Below, one piece after another: positions 47,915 through 59,955 of a stretch of 64,000 nucleotides of DNA; position 1 is the first letter of the stretch, and every line of letters starts with the position of its first letter. Position numbers and translations under genes: made by a program. This stretch comes from Macrostomum lignano. Lineage: Eukaryota. Location: NCBI GenBank assembly GCA_002269645.1, contig NIVC01001945.1:155512-219511 (forward strand), read 5' to 3'. The notes beneath the pieces are model-generated. The model saw only the letters and a program-made list of their open reading frames with translations, was not told where the DNA came from and made no database searches.

Positions 47915-50206
47915 ATGGTCATGGCTTCGTCTGGCTCCATAGCGTCCTGCGCTGACTTGGAGCAGATTGTCCTCACCATGCCGCCGCCGCCTCACAACAG
48001 CGGGCCCGGCGGCTTCTACTACTACGGCAGCGGCAACGACACCGACTGGGATTCAGTTGCTATGGACCAGTTCGAGCCTGAAGTGATCGACTATTTCAAC
48101 ATGACAGCCGCTCAACAGTTGGAACAGGCCTTCCAAATGGCCTCCATGGAGTTGGGAAATTTCTCCCAAGAATGCCGGCTGTTGTTCTTCCGCGACCCGG
48201 CCGAGTTCTACAGGAAGTGCATCACCCTGCACTTCTACGGCATCTTCCTGTACAGCTTCATCGTTGACACGGTCATCGTTGGCACACTGTGCGTTGTCGG
48301 ACTGCTGGGCAATCTGCTGACCTTTGTTGTCCTCAGCAACGATCGCAGCCACATGGGCACCAACTTCCTGCTGCGGTGCTTGTGCGCTGCGGACAGCGTG
48401 TTCCTCACCGAGTGCTTCCTGTACTCCAGCCTCCGGAGCGTGTACCCCATCACGGGCTGGTTGAAGGCTTATTATCACTATTTCCCCTACATCATCCAGT
48501 GGCTGTGGGGCGCCGCTATGACCACCCAGATGTTGGTGAACTGGTTCGTTGTCCTGGTCACCGCCGAGCGGTACACGGTCGTCTGCCGGCCGTTCCAGGC
48601 CTCCACCTGGTGCAGCCAGCGGAGGGTCCGCCTGCTGGCCGCCGGCACCCTGGCCTACTGCGTGCTGTTCAACCTGCCACGCTACTTCGAGTGGACGGTG
48701 CAGCCTTCCAGCATGGGCCTGCTGAGCGTCCCCTGCTTCAACTACACCCGCTACTCAGCCCAGGACAGCTGGCTGCGGCAGAACCTGGCCTACAGCATCG
48801 TGTACCGCAGCCTGCTGTACACCACGCAGGTGGTGGTCCTGCCCATCGCCGCCATCGTGTTCCTGAACATCCGCCTCATCTCCACGCTGAAGGCCGCCCG
48901 CAGGGAGCGCTACGAGATGCAGAGCCCGGTGCGCAGCAACAGCCGGTCGCTTCTGTCAGCCGCGCACTGCAGCGGCGCCAATCAGCATGGAGTCGCCGCA
49001 GCTCACGCCATGCCGGAGTCGCCGCAGCTGAAGTGCATCACCGAGGGCCAGCACCGGAGCATCACCCTCACCATCGTGGTGATTTGCTCCGTGTTCATCA
49101 TCTGCGAGACGCCCGGCATGGTGCACAACATTCTGGCCAGCCATCATCGCAGCGAAACCATGGCCAGCTGGTCCGTGTTTGTTTACACCGTAACCATTAG
49201 CAACGCCCTGATGGTGGCCAAGAGCAGCTCAAATTTCGTTATCTATTGCTGCTGCGGCAGGAAGTTCCGCTACATCCTGCGCCGCCTGCTGGCCAGGTGG
49301 TGGCGCCGGCTGCGAAGAAGCCGCTGCTGCCTGCCTAAGCTGGGCGAGGCTGGCGGGAAGCAGCGGGGACTGCGGGAGAGGCGGCAGGTGAGACAAGGGT
49401 GGGGTCGCTGAGGGCACACTGTAGGGGGGGTCACTGAGGGCACACTGAGGGCACACTGAGGGCACACTGTAGGGGGGGTCACTGAGGGCACACTGTAGGG
49501 GGGTCACTGGGGGCACACTGTAGGGGGGTCACTGAGGGCACACTGTAGGGGGGTCACTGGGGCACACTGTAGGGGGGTCACTGAGGGCACACTGAAGGGG
49601 GGTCACTGGGGCACACTGTAGGGGGGTCACTGAGGGCACACTGTAGGGGGGTCACTGAGGGCACACTGTAGGGGGTCACTGAGGGCACACTGTAGGGGGG
49701 TCACTGAGGGCACACTGTAGGGGGGTCACTTGGGGCACACTGTAGGGGGGGTCACTGAGGGCACACTGTAGGGGGGGTCACTGAGGGCACACTGAGAGGG
49801 AGAATTGTTTCCGAAGTCACTATTTTGACACTTCTCGAATCATCAGCTCCAGCAGGCGGCCGTCTGCAGCGACTCAGACGCGGCCGCCGCTGCTGCCGCC
49901 GCCGCAGCCGCTGCCGCCGCGGCTGCCGCTGCTGCCGCCGCTGCTTCTGCATCGTCGGCCGAGCGCGAGATGGTGCGCATCCGGCTGGAGTCGGGCGCGG
50001 CGCTGCGCCAGCCTGGCGCCGATCACCAGCCCGGCGTCGAGGAGGATGAGGCCGCGGAGGAGATGCAGAACCTGCTGGCCGGCCCGCGCGCCGACTGGGT
50101 GGAGGCCAACGCCTACGCCGCTATGCTGGAGGAGGCGCGCAGCGGGGGCAGCAGCGGCAGCGACTGCGAGCCCAGGCCAGTGCCGCTGATTCTCGACGAC
50201 GACTGA
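47915..50206 (+). CDS. Class A (rhodopsin-like) peptide GPCR, FMRFamide-receptor-like; 2 exons, ~610 aa
   Basis: Exons 47915-49387 and 49847-50206 (CAG|GTGAGA..CATCAG|, phase 0). Seven hydrophobic segments with GLLGN, LCAAD, ERY..VC.P, NLPRYFE, IICETP and SNFVIYC..GRKFR; poly-Ala in the tail. Confidence 0.88.
49409..49797. repeat. Intronic ~25-bp minisatellite (GGGCACACTGTAGGGGGGGTCACTGA)
   Basis: GPCR intron. Confidence 0.9.
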
Positions 50207-50254
50207 GAGACTGGCGGATTCCGGGCGGGCTGCGTATTGCGGGTGAGTGAAGCC

Positions 50255-50470
50255 CTGACCCAGATCTGACCCAGTTCTGACCCAGATCTGACCCAGACCT
50301 GACCCACATCTGATCCAGTCCTTATCCAGACCTGACCCAGATCTGACCCAGTCCTGACCCAGTCTTGATCTAGACCTGACCCAGTCCTGACCCATACCTG
50401 ACCCGGATCTGACCCACATCTGACTCAGCCTCAACCGAACCTCGACCAGGTCTTAACTCAGCCTTGACCC
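50255..50470. repeat. 10-11-bp repeat (TGACCCAGATC), degenerate
   Basis: Direct reading. Confidence 0.75.
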
Positions 50471-51119
50471 AGTCTCAGCAGTGTCGCAACTCAACCTCGC
50501 GTTCTGAATCCGCCCCGACCCTGTGACTTTGCGATGTTCCGTAACAACTGATTAGAACGATAAAATGTTGCTTTCGGCCAAAATTATAAAACCTGCATTC
50601 TACCTGCATAAACTCTAGAATTTTTTTTCGAGTCAGCTGATTTCCTAGGCCTTTTATTCACCTAATCGCCCTAATCCTTAATTGCTCTTCATCTCTCACA
50701 CCTGGCTGCCCACGAGAAGCCTCCACGTCATGCGTAGAAAGCAATTTTCTTAAAATTAAAAGCAACGCTGACCCCCCATATTTGGCGACCTAGCCTAGGA
50801 AGAGTAGGAAAGGCAAGGAGGGACAGGTGGGCGGAGGTGCTGCGGCTGATAAATCAGCTCTCAGTGCCCTTATGCCCGAAGCCGTGTAATTGATGGAAAA
50901 GTCAGCAAATTGATGCAACAGGAGCAGCCTGAGTTGCCGAGCAGCCCGGGTCACGCGGGCGCACCCGATTGAAAAACGACCAGTCAGCTTACCTGTGGAG
51001 GGGGATTTAAAAATGGATTTATGATTGATGAAGTGGCTGAAATTGCACTGCTCAAAGCAAATTTTTTTAGGCAATTAGACTGGGGCAACATCTTCAGCAT
51101 CACACAGTTTCACAATTTC

Positions 51120-51135
51120 TGCTTGTCTGTCTGCC

Positions 51136-51218
<83 letters not shown>

Positions 51219-51251
51219 GTGTCTGTCTGTGTGTCTGTCTGTCTGTCTGTG

Positions 51252-51286
<35 letters not shown>

Positions 51287-51329
51287 GTCTGTCTGTCTGT
51301 CTGTGTGTCTGTCTGTGTGTCTGTCTGTG

Positions 51330-51404
<75 letters not shown>

Positions 51405-51940
51405 GTCTGTCTGTCTCAGTGTCTGTGTCAGTGTCTGTCTCTGTCTGTCTGTGTCAGTGTCTGTCTCAGTGTCTGTCTCAGTGTCTGTCTCTGTCTGTCT
51501 GTGTCAGTGTCTGTCTCAGTGTCTGTCTCAGTGTCTATCTCATTGTCTGTGTCAGTGTCTGTCTCAGTGTCTGTCTCAGTGTCTGTCTCAGTGTCTGTCT
51601 CAGTGTCTGTCTCAGTGTCTGTCTCAGTGTCTGTCTCAGTGTCTGTCTCAGTGTCTGTCTCAGTGTCTGTCTCAGTGTCTGTCTCAGTGTCTGTCTCAGT
51701 GTCTGTCTCAGTGTCTGTCTCATTGTCTGTCTCAGTGTCTGTCTCAGTGTCTGTCTCTGTCTGTCTGTGTCAGTGTCTGTCTCAGTGTCTGTCTCAGTGT
51801 CTATCTCATTGTCTGTGTCAGTGTCTGTCTCAGTGTCTGTCTCAGTGTCTGTCTCAGTGTCTGTCTCAGTGTCTGTCTCAGTGTCTGTCTCAGTGTCTGT
51901 CTCATTGTCTGTGTCAGTGTCTGTCTCAGTGTCTGTCTCA
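51120..51940. repeat. (TCTG)n microsatellite grading into 12-bp TCTCAGTGTCTG
   Basis: Direct reading. Confidence 0.95.
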
Positions 51941-52134
51941 TTATTCATCTGCTTTTTCAATTTTAGACCGAAGTTCCAGCGGCCTGACGGCAAACCCGGG
52001 CGCCGCTCATTACACTCTACAACTGCTGCGATATTGACAGTGTGGACTATGTAGATAGACAGAGAAAAGGGGAATCGAAATTGCGTCTGAATGCATAGGG
52101 TTGGGACATAGACTAAAAATTCAGGCTGACAATC

Positions 52135-52305
52135 TGTGACAGTGCACGCTTCCGTGACAGTGCACGATTCTGTGACAGTGCGCGCTTCTGTGACAGTGCA
52201 CGATTCTGTGACAGTGCGCGCTTCTGTGACAGTGCACGATTCTGTGACAGTGCACGATTCTGTGACAGTGCACGCTTCTGTGACAGTGCACGATTCTGTG
52301 ACAGT
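52135..52305. repeat. 18-bp repeat (TCTGTGACAGTGCACGAT)
   Basis: About 9 copies. Confidence 0.9.
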
Positions 52306-52837
52306 GTAAAAGTGTAAACCATATTTTTGGGATGAAATTTCAATTTTTTAAATTCCCAATGTTTAGCTATGATTGAAAAAAGCAAATTACAGCTGAGAGA
52401 ATTATTCATAATGAATTGGTTTTCACTTTTGAATAATTAACAAATTTTCGTCAACATATATTAATGCCCATATTTATTGCTTTATCTGACTAGTGGATCT
52501 GTCTGTAGACTGCTGTAGGCCATAGTTATCATTGCATCAACATGATTGCTCAGAAATATTTATTCTCACACAAACTTTTCTAGCGCTGTTTTGATTTGTA
52601 AAACAGAGCTGCACTATCCAGAAAATTAATTTCTTTTTTTGAATAATTTGAAGCGCCTCAGCATCTGGCTTGGAGTGATGCTGATTTTCAAGCCTGTTCA
52701 TCATGTAGCATGCATAACTGATTTTGTTTTGTAGCACCTTGAATAAATATTTTGCCTAGGTTCCATTTTGCTGGCTTTATCAGACTGCAGAATTCGCTGG
52801 ATTTGTGTCCGGATTGATTTACTTGCTTATTGAGGAC

Positions 52838-53662
52838 CAACACCTGTCTTTAAGTCCCAAAACCTGTCTTTAAGTCCCAACACCTGTCTAAGTCCCAACA
52901 CCTGTCTCTTAGTCCCAACACCTGTCTAAGTCCCAACACCTGTCTTTAAGTCCCAACACCTGTCTCTTAGTACCAACACCTGTCTCTTAGTCCCAACACC
53001 TGTCTCTTAGTACCAACACCTGTCTCTTAATACCAACACCTGTCTTTAAGTATCAACACGTGTATCTTAGTACCAACACCTGTCTTTAAGTCCCAACACG
53101 TGTCTCTTAGTCCCAACACCTGTCTGTTAGTCTCCACACTTGTCTCTTAGTCCCAACACCTGTCTCTTAGTTCCAACACCTGTCTGTTAGTCTCCACACT
53201 TGTCTCTTAGTCCCAACACGTGTATCTTAGTCCCAACACCTGTCTCTTAGTCCCAACACCTGTCTGTTAGTCTCCACACTTGTCTCTTAGTCACAACACC
53301 TGTCTCTTAGTACCAACACCTGTCTGTTAGTCTCCACACTTGTCTCTTAGTCCCAACACCTGTCTCTTAGTTCCAACACCTGTCTGTTAGTCTCCACACT
53401 TGTCTCTTAGTCCCAACACGTGTATCTTAGTCCCAACACCTGTCTCTTAGTCCCAACACCTGTCTGTTAGTCTCCACACTTGTCTCTTAGTCCCAACACC
53501 TGTCTCTTAGTCCCAACACCTGTCTCTTAGTCCCAACACCTGTCTCTTAGTCCCAACACCTGTCTCTTAGTCCCAACACCTGTCTCTTAGTCCCAGCACC
53601 TGTCTCTTAGTCACAACACCTGTCTCTTAGTCACAAAACCTGTCTCTTAGTCCCAACACCTA
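52838..53662. repeat. 20-bp minisatellite (CTTAGTCCCAACACCTGTCT)
   Basis: Direct reading. Confidence 0.93.
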
Positions 53663-54180
53663 ACCAGATTATAAACTAGCTGGTTACTTATATATACTAT
53701 TTCAGGCGATTCGGTGCATTGCATATATATGTATGCAAGAGGCATAGATGCGAGCCTAATTCCGTGGACACGCAAAATGCAGTTTAATCAAATGAGAATA
53801 CTTGGCGGTTCACCTGTCATAAAAACACTCCAACGACTAACTCATACTTCTGTGTTTAATGAATCTCACCATCACTTCTGTGCTAGAAAGTATCTGCAAA
53901 TATGGAATACGAGTTTTCTTATCTCTGTTGAAAACTTGTCAGCAGGTCATATAAGCTGACAAAGCCGCTTATTTTAGAGCAGTTTTTTTCTCTATTTAGC
54001 CAGAACAAAGCGTTTATTGTCCAGCTGAAAAGGCGGTTCGACCAAACCCTCCAACTAAGCTCTCTGGTTCGCCGTTTTGTTGTCAACTCGGGCTGAGCGG
54101 CTGCCTCAAAGAGTGGGGGCGCTGCAGCCACTTGACTGCTTTGAGTCTGAGCTTTGAGCTTGCCGAAACTGCGCTGAGGT

Positions 54181-54847
54181 TTACTGACTGACTGACTGAC
54201 TGACTGACTGACTGACTGACTGACTGACTGACTGACTGACTGACTGACTGACTGACTGACTGACTGACTGACTGACTGACTGACTGACTGACTGACTGAC
54301 TGACTGACTGACTGACTGACTGACTGACTGACTGACTGACTGACTGACTGACTGACTGACTGACTGACTGACTGACTGACTGACTGACTGACTGACTGAC
54401 TGACTGACTGACTGACTGACTGACTGACTGACTGACTGACTGACTGACTGACTGACTGACTGACTGACTGACTGACTGACTGACTGACTGACTGACTGAC
54501 TGACTGACTGACTGACTGACTGACTGACTGACTGACTGACTGACTGACTGACTGACTGACTGACTGACTGACTGACTGACTGACTGACTGACTGACTGAC
54601 TGACTGACTGACTGACTGACTGACTGACTGACTGACTGACTGACTGACTGACTGACTGACTGACTGACTGACTGACTGACTGACTGACTGACTGACTGAC
54701 TGACTGACTGACTGACTGACTGACTGACTGACTGACTGACTGACTGACTGACTGACTGACTGACTGACTGACTGACTGACTGACTGACTGACTGACTGAC
54801 TGACTGACTGACTGACTGACTGACTGACTGACTGACTGACTGACTGA
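54181..54847. repeat. Perfect (ACTG)n microsatellite, ~660 bp
   Basis: Direct reading. Confidence 0.98.
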
Positions 54848-55983
54848 AGAAAAGCGAAGCGGTGACAATTTAGGAGTGTTAGAGAGGCCTATTGGCTACT
54901 CATATTTGGCTCTCTGTTGTTTTGACTTGCCAAGGAAAGAAAAAATACTTGAAAAAGGGTGTTATACTCTTTTCTCTCCCCCCGCCCTCACCTGCTGGAC
55001 CAGCCCACATCCGCGCAGATTCTCAGCTCCAACTTTTCCTGCCATCTGCACGCGAACGAGTTCACGCAGTTGAAATATGCTAGATAGAGTAACCCAGCTC
55101 TGTAAGCAAGGGTTATTTAAGAGCCACCTGCGGGCTCTGCACTGCCTCCATTGAGCTGAAGTGTGCCAAGATACAGTGCCAGCCACTTACACACGCGCAG
55201 CAGCATGGTGTGTGTGCATGTGTGCAGAAGCAGCGCTTTTTTGGCAGACAAAAATGGCATTGCTCGTTTGAAAAGAATTGGTAGAGCTGCGAGGCTCTTT
55301 GGCTGAGCAGTAAGTGAGAGAGAGAAAAAGAGAGTCGAGAGATAGAGGCACAAAATTGGTTTGGCTTCCTAACCCAGCAGAGTAAGAGAGGCCATATGTA
55401 CTTGCTGCACCCGCCCAGATACTTGCTGGGCAAGGGAGAGGCCGGGCGTGTTGTGGGTGGGTGGCAGGGGCGAAGACCCACTGCATTTTTTCAGTTCGTC
55501 TCGGCTTCGCCTGCGACTCTGTGCAGCCAACAGCGGCCACAGCTGAGAGAGCCTCCTTCCTGCCGTTCCATCTCTCCGAGGAAGAGAATAGCAGCAGAGC
55601 AGGGCTAGGAATAAAGTTGAGAGACAGAGCAATACAGGCAGGAATAGCCTAGCTGTGGAACTGCAGTGCCCGGCAGCTGATTTCGCAGTCAAATTGTTTG
55701 CCAAAGGACCAACCCGAATGCTCTGTGACTGCCGCTGCCGATAGAGTTCAACAAAACTGGCCCGCCCGCCCTGGGTGAGAACTGTTCAGGCAAAGCATTG
55801 AGTGGCGAGTCCGTACAGACGGGCGGCGGCCGCCCGCAGGATCAGCAGGAGCAGCAGGAGCAGCAGGAGCAGGAGCAGCAGGAGCAGCAGCAGGAGCAGC
55901 AGCAGGAGCAGCAGGAGCAGCAGGAGCAGCAGGAGCAGCAGCAGCAGGAGCAGCAGAAGCAGCAGCCGTCTGCCAGTAAAACG

Positions 55984-57615
55984 ATGGCGACATTCCAGCC
56001 CCAGTCGAGATTTCCTCTTCCTCGCGAAGCGGCAGCGGCGGCATCGGTGGCAGCCCACGACACCATCGGGAGGCTGAGCCGCAGTCTGGCCAGGATGAAC
56101 GCCGAGGCGAAGGCGAAGAGGCGGCAAGACGGGCCGAAGAAGTCCAAGAAGACGCCGGAGCGGCTGAAAAGCGCCGCCAAGACTCTGCCGAGCAGCGGCA
56201 ACCGCGGCTGCCATCCGGGCCGGCCGGGCTGCCAGCCGGTGATCATCCACCTTCCTGACGAGCTCTTCGATGATCCCAGCAGCGGAGATGAAGATGATGA
56301 TGATGAAGAAGACGAGATCAGCAGCAGCAGCAGCAGCGACGGCGAAGAGGCGGAGAACGGCGAGGAGGACGAGGACGCGGCTGAAGAGCGGGAGCGGCGC
56401 CGGCTTTTCCGCCTGCTGCTGCCGCAGCCCCTGAAGCGTAACGGCCGGCTGACGCTGAAGGTCGACGATCCCAACTTGCGCAACCTGCTGCAGAGCATCA
56501 CGGACCGCTTCGAGCCCGGCCAGCCGGATATGCTGGACCGCGTCATCGCCATGTTCAACTCCGGCCGCTGCCTGGGCCCGGAGGGCGAGGCCCAGATGCG
56601 TCGCCTTCGCGTGCAGCAGCGTCGGAGACTGCGGCGCCGGTTACGACGATCCGTCGATCCCAACTGGTCGCCCGACCGGCGGCTCATGAGCATGGCGGAG
56701 TGCTTCCGCAGTCTCGGCCGGATACTGGGCGGCGAGAGCGTCGAGGGCGGCGAGGGCGGCGAGAGCGGCGAGGCTGGAAGGGCCTCGGTGAACGGTTTGC
56801 CGTCGCTCGACTCGGCAGAAGAATTGACGACTTCTCCGCCAACGTCGATGCAGCAGCTGCCGCAGGACACCACCGACGGCGACTATCCTGACGAAGGCCT
56901 GGCGATCGCCTCGCCCTCGCCGACAATGTCGCCATCGCCTCCGGAGTCTCCCTCGCCGCCGCAGCAGCAGCCGGCAGGCGAGTTGCGCCTTGAGATCACG
57001 GAGGAATCGCTAGCGAGGCTGAGCAGCCTGACGCCAGCGGCTGAGGGCCACTTCCGCCGCGTCCTGATGAGCGCCCTGCGAGTTCCGGCGACCCGCTACT
57101 GCCTGTCCGAGGCCGAGCCGCCGCCGGAGCGCCGCTGGCTGCGGCACTGCGCCCGACAGTCGCTCTCCCGACTCCAATGGGACCGTCGGCTAGCCGAATC
57201 CGTCAGCGAGATGCTTCAACGCCGCCTGTCCGCGGTGCTCTACGACCCCGAGGTTTGCTCCCGGCTGACGAGCCTGCTGGCCAGCGACCTGCTCGAGCTG
57301 GTCACGCACGAGCTCGGCGCCGAGTTCAAGGTGGTCGGCCTGCTCAGCATCGGCAGCGTCACGGAGATCGACAGGATGGCGATAGTCACCAGATCTGCTC
57401 ACAGCGACGGCGTCGACTGCTGCCGGGCGTTCCACTATCAGAACGAGTCGGTGTTCGCCCTGTTCACCTGCCACCTGTTCCAGCGCTTCGACCGACCGAC
57501 TCTGTCCGAGGCGCCGCTGGACATCGACGATCCGGCCGAGACGGCGGAGTCGCAGCCGGACCGAGCCGATGCGCCGCTGAGCGACACCTACGGCCAGTTT
57601 GGTGACACCGGCTGA
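55984..57615 (+). CDS. Tctex-1 (dynein light chain)-domain protein with long acidic/low-complexity N-terminus
   Basis: The C-terminal YDPEVCSRLTSLLASDL..FKVVGLLSIG..IVTRS..D..RAFHYQNESVFALFTCHLF matches the Tctex-1 fold pattern (YD..YK.VV...IG..D...S..YQN.SLF). First ATG at 55984; the frame is open from 55729. Confidence 0.7.
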   Translation: MATFQPQSRFPLPREAAAAASVAAHDTIGRLSRSLARMNAEAKAKRRQDGPKKSKKTPERLKSAAKTLPSSGNRGCHPGRPGCQPVIIHLPDELFDDPSSGDEDDDDEEDEISSSSSSDGEEAENGEEDEDAAEERERRRLFRLLLPQPLKRNGRLTLKVDDPNLRNLLQSITDRFEPGQPDMLDRVIAMFNSGRCLGPEGEAQMRRLRVQQRRRLRRRLRRSVDPNWSPDRRLMSMAECFRSLGRILGGESVEGGEGGESGEAGRASVNGLPSLDSAEELTTSPPTSMQQLPQDTTDGDYPDEGLAIASPSPTMSPSPPESPSPPQQQPAGELRLEITEESLARLSSLTPAAEGHFRRVLMSALRVPATRYCLSEAEPPPERRWLRHCARQSLSRLQWDRRLAESVSEMLQRRLSAVLYDPEVCSRLTSLLASDLLELVTHELGAEFKVVGLLSIGSVTEIDRMAIVTRSAHSDGVDCCRAFHYQNESVFALFTCHLFQRFDRPTLSEAPLDIDDPAETAESQPDRADAPLSDTYGQFGDTG

Positions 57616-57744
57616 GCTGATGAGACACCTGCTTTTCAGTGACGCGTGCAGTTGTGTCAGGCAACCAACTCTACAGTGGAGGCTTCTCAATATCTCACTG
57701 CTTTGGGGCAATGCAACCTCTGCTGCAAAGGGGTCTGCAACGAG

Positions 57745-58262
57745 ATCCTGGAAGGACCCCTTTTTGGGGAAGATCCTGGGAAGGACCCCTTTTTGGGGAA
57801 GATCCTGGGAAGGACCCCTTTTGGTGAAGATCCTGGGAAGGACCCCTTTTGGGGAAGATCCTGGAAAGGACTCCGTTTGGGGAAGATCCTGGAAAGGACT
57901 CCTTTTGGGGAAGATCCTGGAAAGGACTCCGTTTGGGGAAGATCCTGGAAAGGACTCCTTTTGGGGAAGATCCTGGAAAGGACTCCTTTTGGGGAAGATC
58001 CTGGAAGGACTCCTTTTGGGGAAGATCCTAGAAAGGACCCCGTTTTGGGGAAGATCCTGGAAAGGACGCCTTTTTGGGGAAGATCCTGGGAAGGACCCTT
58101 TTGGTGAAGATCCTGGGAAGGACCCCTTTTGGGGAAGATCCTGGAAGAACCCTTTTTGGGGAAGATCCTAGGAAGGACCACTTTTGTGGAAGATCCTGGG
58201 AGGGACCCCTTTTGGGGAAGATCCTGGAAAGGACCCCTTTTGGAGAAGATCCTGGGAAAGAT
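57745..58262. repeat. 27-28-bp minisatellite (GGAAGGACCCCTTTTGGGGAAGATCCT)
   Basis: Direct reading; internal CCCC-TTTT-GGGG palindrome. Confidence 0.9.
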
Positions 58263-58812
58263 CCAGGTTAAGTACCCGAGGCTAGACGTTAACCCAAGAA
58301 AGAATTGAGTCGGTGAAAGATTTCTCAAAGTTCGCCAATGGTTGAGTTTGGTTTGCAACAGCTGATTCGCTCCGTCCAAATTGTAAAACTACTCAAACTG
58401 ATTAAAATGCATACCAATAGAAAATAACCATAGCCCTGGTGGCAACTCTGCATTGGCCTCATCAACCTGCTTCCTAGCCTCCTCAAATCAGATTATGAAT
58501 ACCGTATTGCATACGCCGTACAAGTACTCGTAGAAATGAGGCAACCTCAGGATAAATTTTGCTCATTTTTTTGTCAGATTTCGCATGCGAATTGACGCTG
58601 CATCGTGCACTGCTCTCAACTATAGTCACTGTAGGGTAAAATTGACATTCCTATCACTGTTGGGGGCTCTCATTTCCGCACCTCAAAACTGTTTTGAGCA
58701 CGGAATCTGCGTACACGGTAGCTGCTTTGTTTTTCTTACTTTTTTGCTTTCATTTCAAACTTGTGTTCAAATATATTTCTTTGTTGCGATTCTATATTTT
58801 TCCTGTATGATA

Positions 58813-58990
58813 ACTCATAGCTGCTCATGGCTGCTCATGGCTGCTCATAGCTGCTCATAGCTGCTCATAGCTGCTCATAAGCTGCTCATGACTGCTCATA
58901 GCTGCTCATAGCTGCTCATAGGTGCTCATAAGCTGCTCATGACTGCTCATAGCTGCTCATAGCTGCTCAAAGCTGCTCATAGCTGCTCAA
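58813..58990. repeat. 10-bp repeat (ATAGCTGCTC)
   Basis: Direct reading. Confidence 0.9.
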
Positions 58991-59439
58991 TTCTCAGATT
59001 TTGTAATAATAATTGCGTCCTCAGTTTGAAATTGTGCGCCTTGATTTTTGGCACAGTATTTAAACAAAGAGTGACAATAAGGAAGTGCAGCGCAATGGAC
59101 CGCCCGCTCCGATCGGATCGCTTGATTGGAATATTTTCTACTTTTAAATATTTTTTCGTACCTCCACCGAAAATCAGGGCCAGAATTAATACTAGAGATT
59201 AGAAAGTCAAAGGGCCGCTGCACACCCTGTGTGAGTGTGTGCCTGCGTACAGTATTGGCGCGCTTGTATGTGGTCAGTAGTCAGCGGAGTGGGCAGGATT
59301 GCCGTCTACGCTGGCTGTGAGCTGATGTCTCAGAAGTGGGTCGGGTGGCCGCTGCCCAATTCTTGAATCGATTTTTATTCATATTTGAACTCACAAACTC
59401 ATTAACCAATGGCCTCGTGGACTCATAACCTCATAAACT

Positions 59440-59955
59440 TATGACCTCATGAACTCATGAACTCATAGACTCATAAACTCATGAACTCATGAACTCATAG
59501 ACTCATGAACTCATAGACTCATGAACTCCTGAACTCATGAACTCATGAACTCATAGACTCATAAACTCATAGACTCATAAACTCCTGGACTCATGAACTC
59601 CTGAACTCATGAACTCATAGACTCATGAACTCCTGAACTCATGAACTCATGAACTCATAGACTCATAAACTCATAGACTCATAAACTCCTGAACTCATAA
59701 ACTCCTGAACTCATGAACTCATGAAGTCATGAACACATAGACTCATGAACTCCTGAACTCATGAACTCATAGACTCATAAACTCATGAACTAATGAACTC
59801 ATAGACTCATAAACTCATGAACTCATGATCTCATAAATGCATAAATCCATGAACTCATGAACTCCTGAACTCATGAACTCATAGACTCATAAACTCATGA
59901 ACTCATGATCTCAAAAATGCATAAATCCATGAACTCATGAACTCATGAACTCATT
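59440..59955. repeat. 8-9-bp repeat (CATGAACT)
   Basis: Direct reading. Confidence 0.9.
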
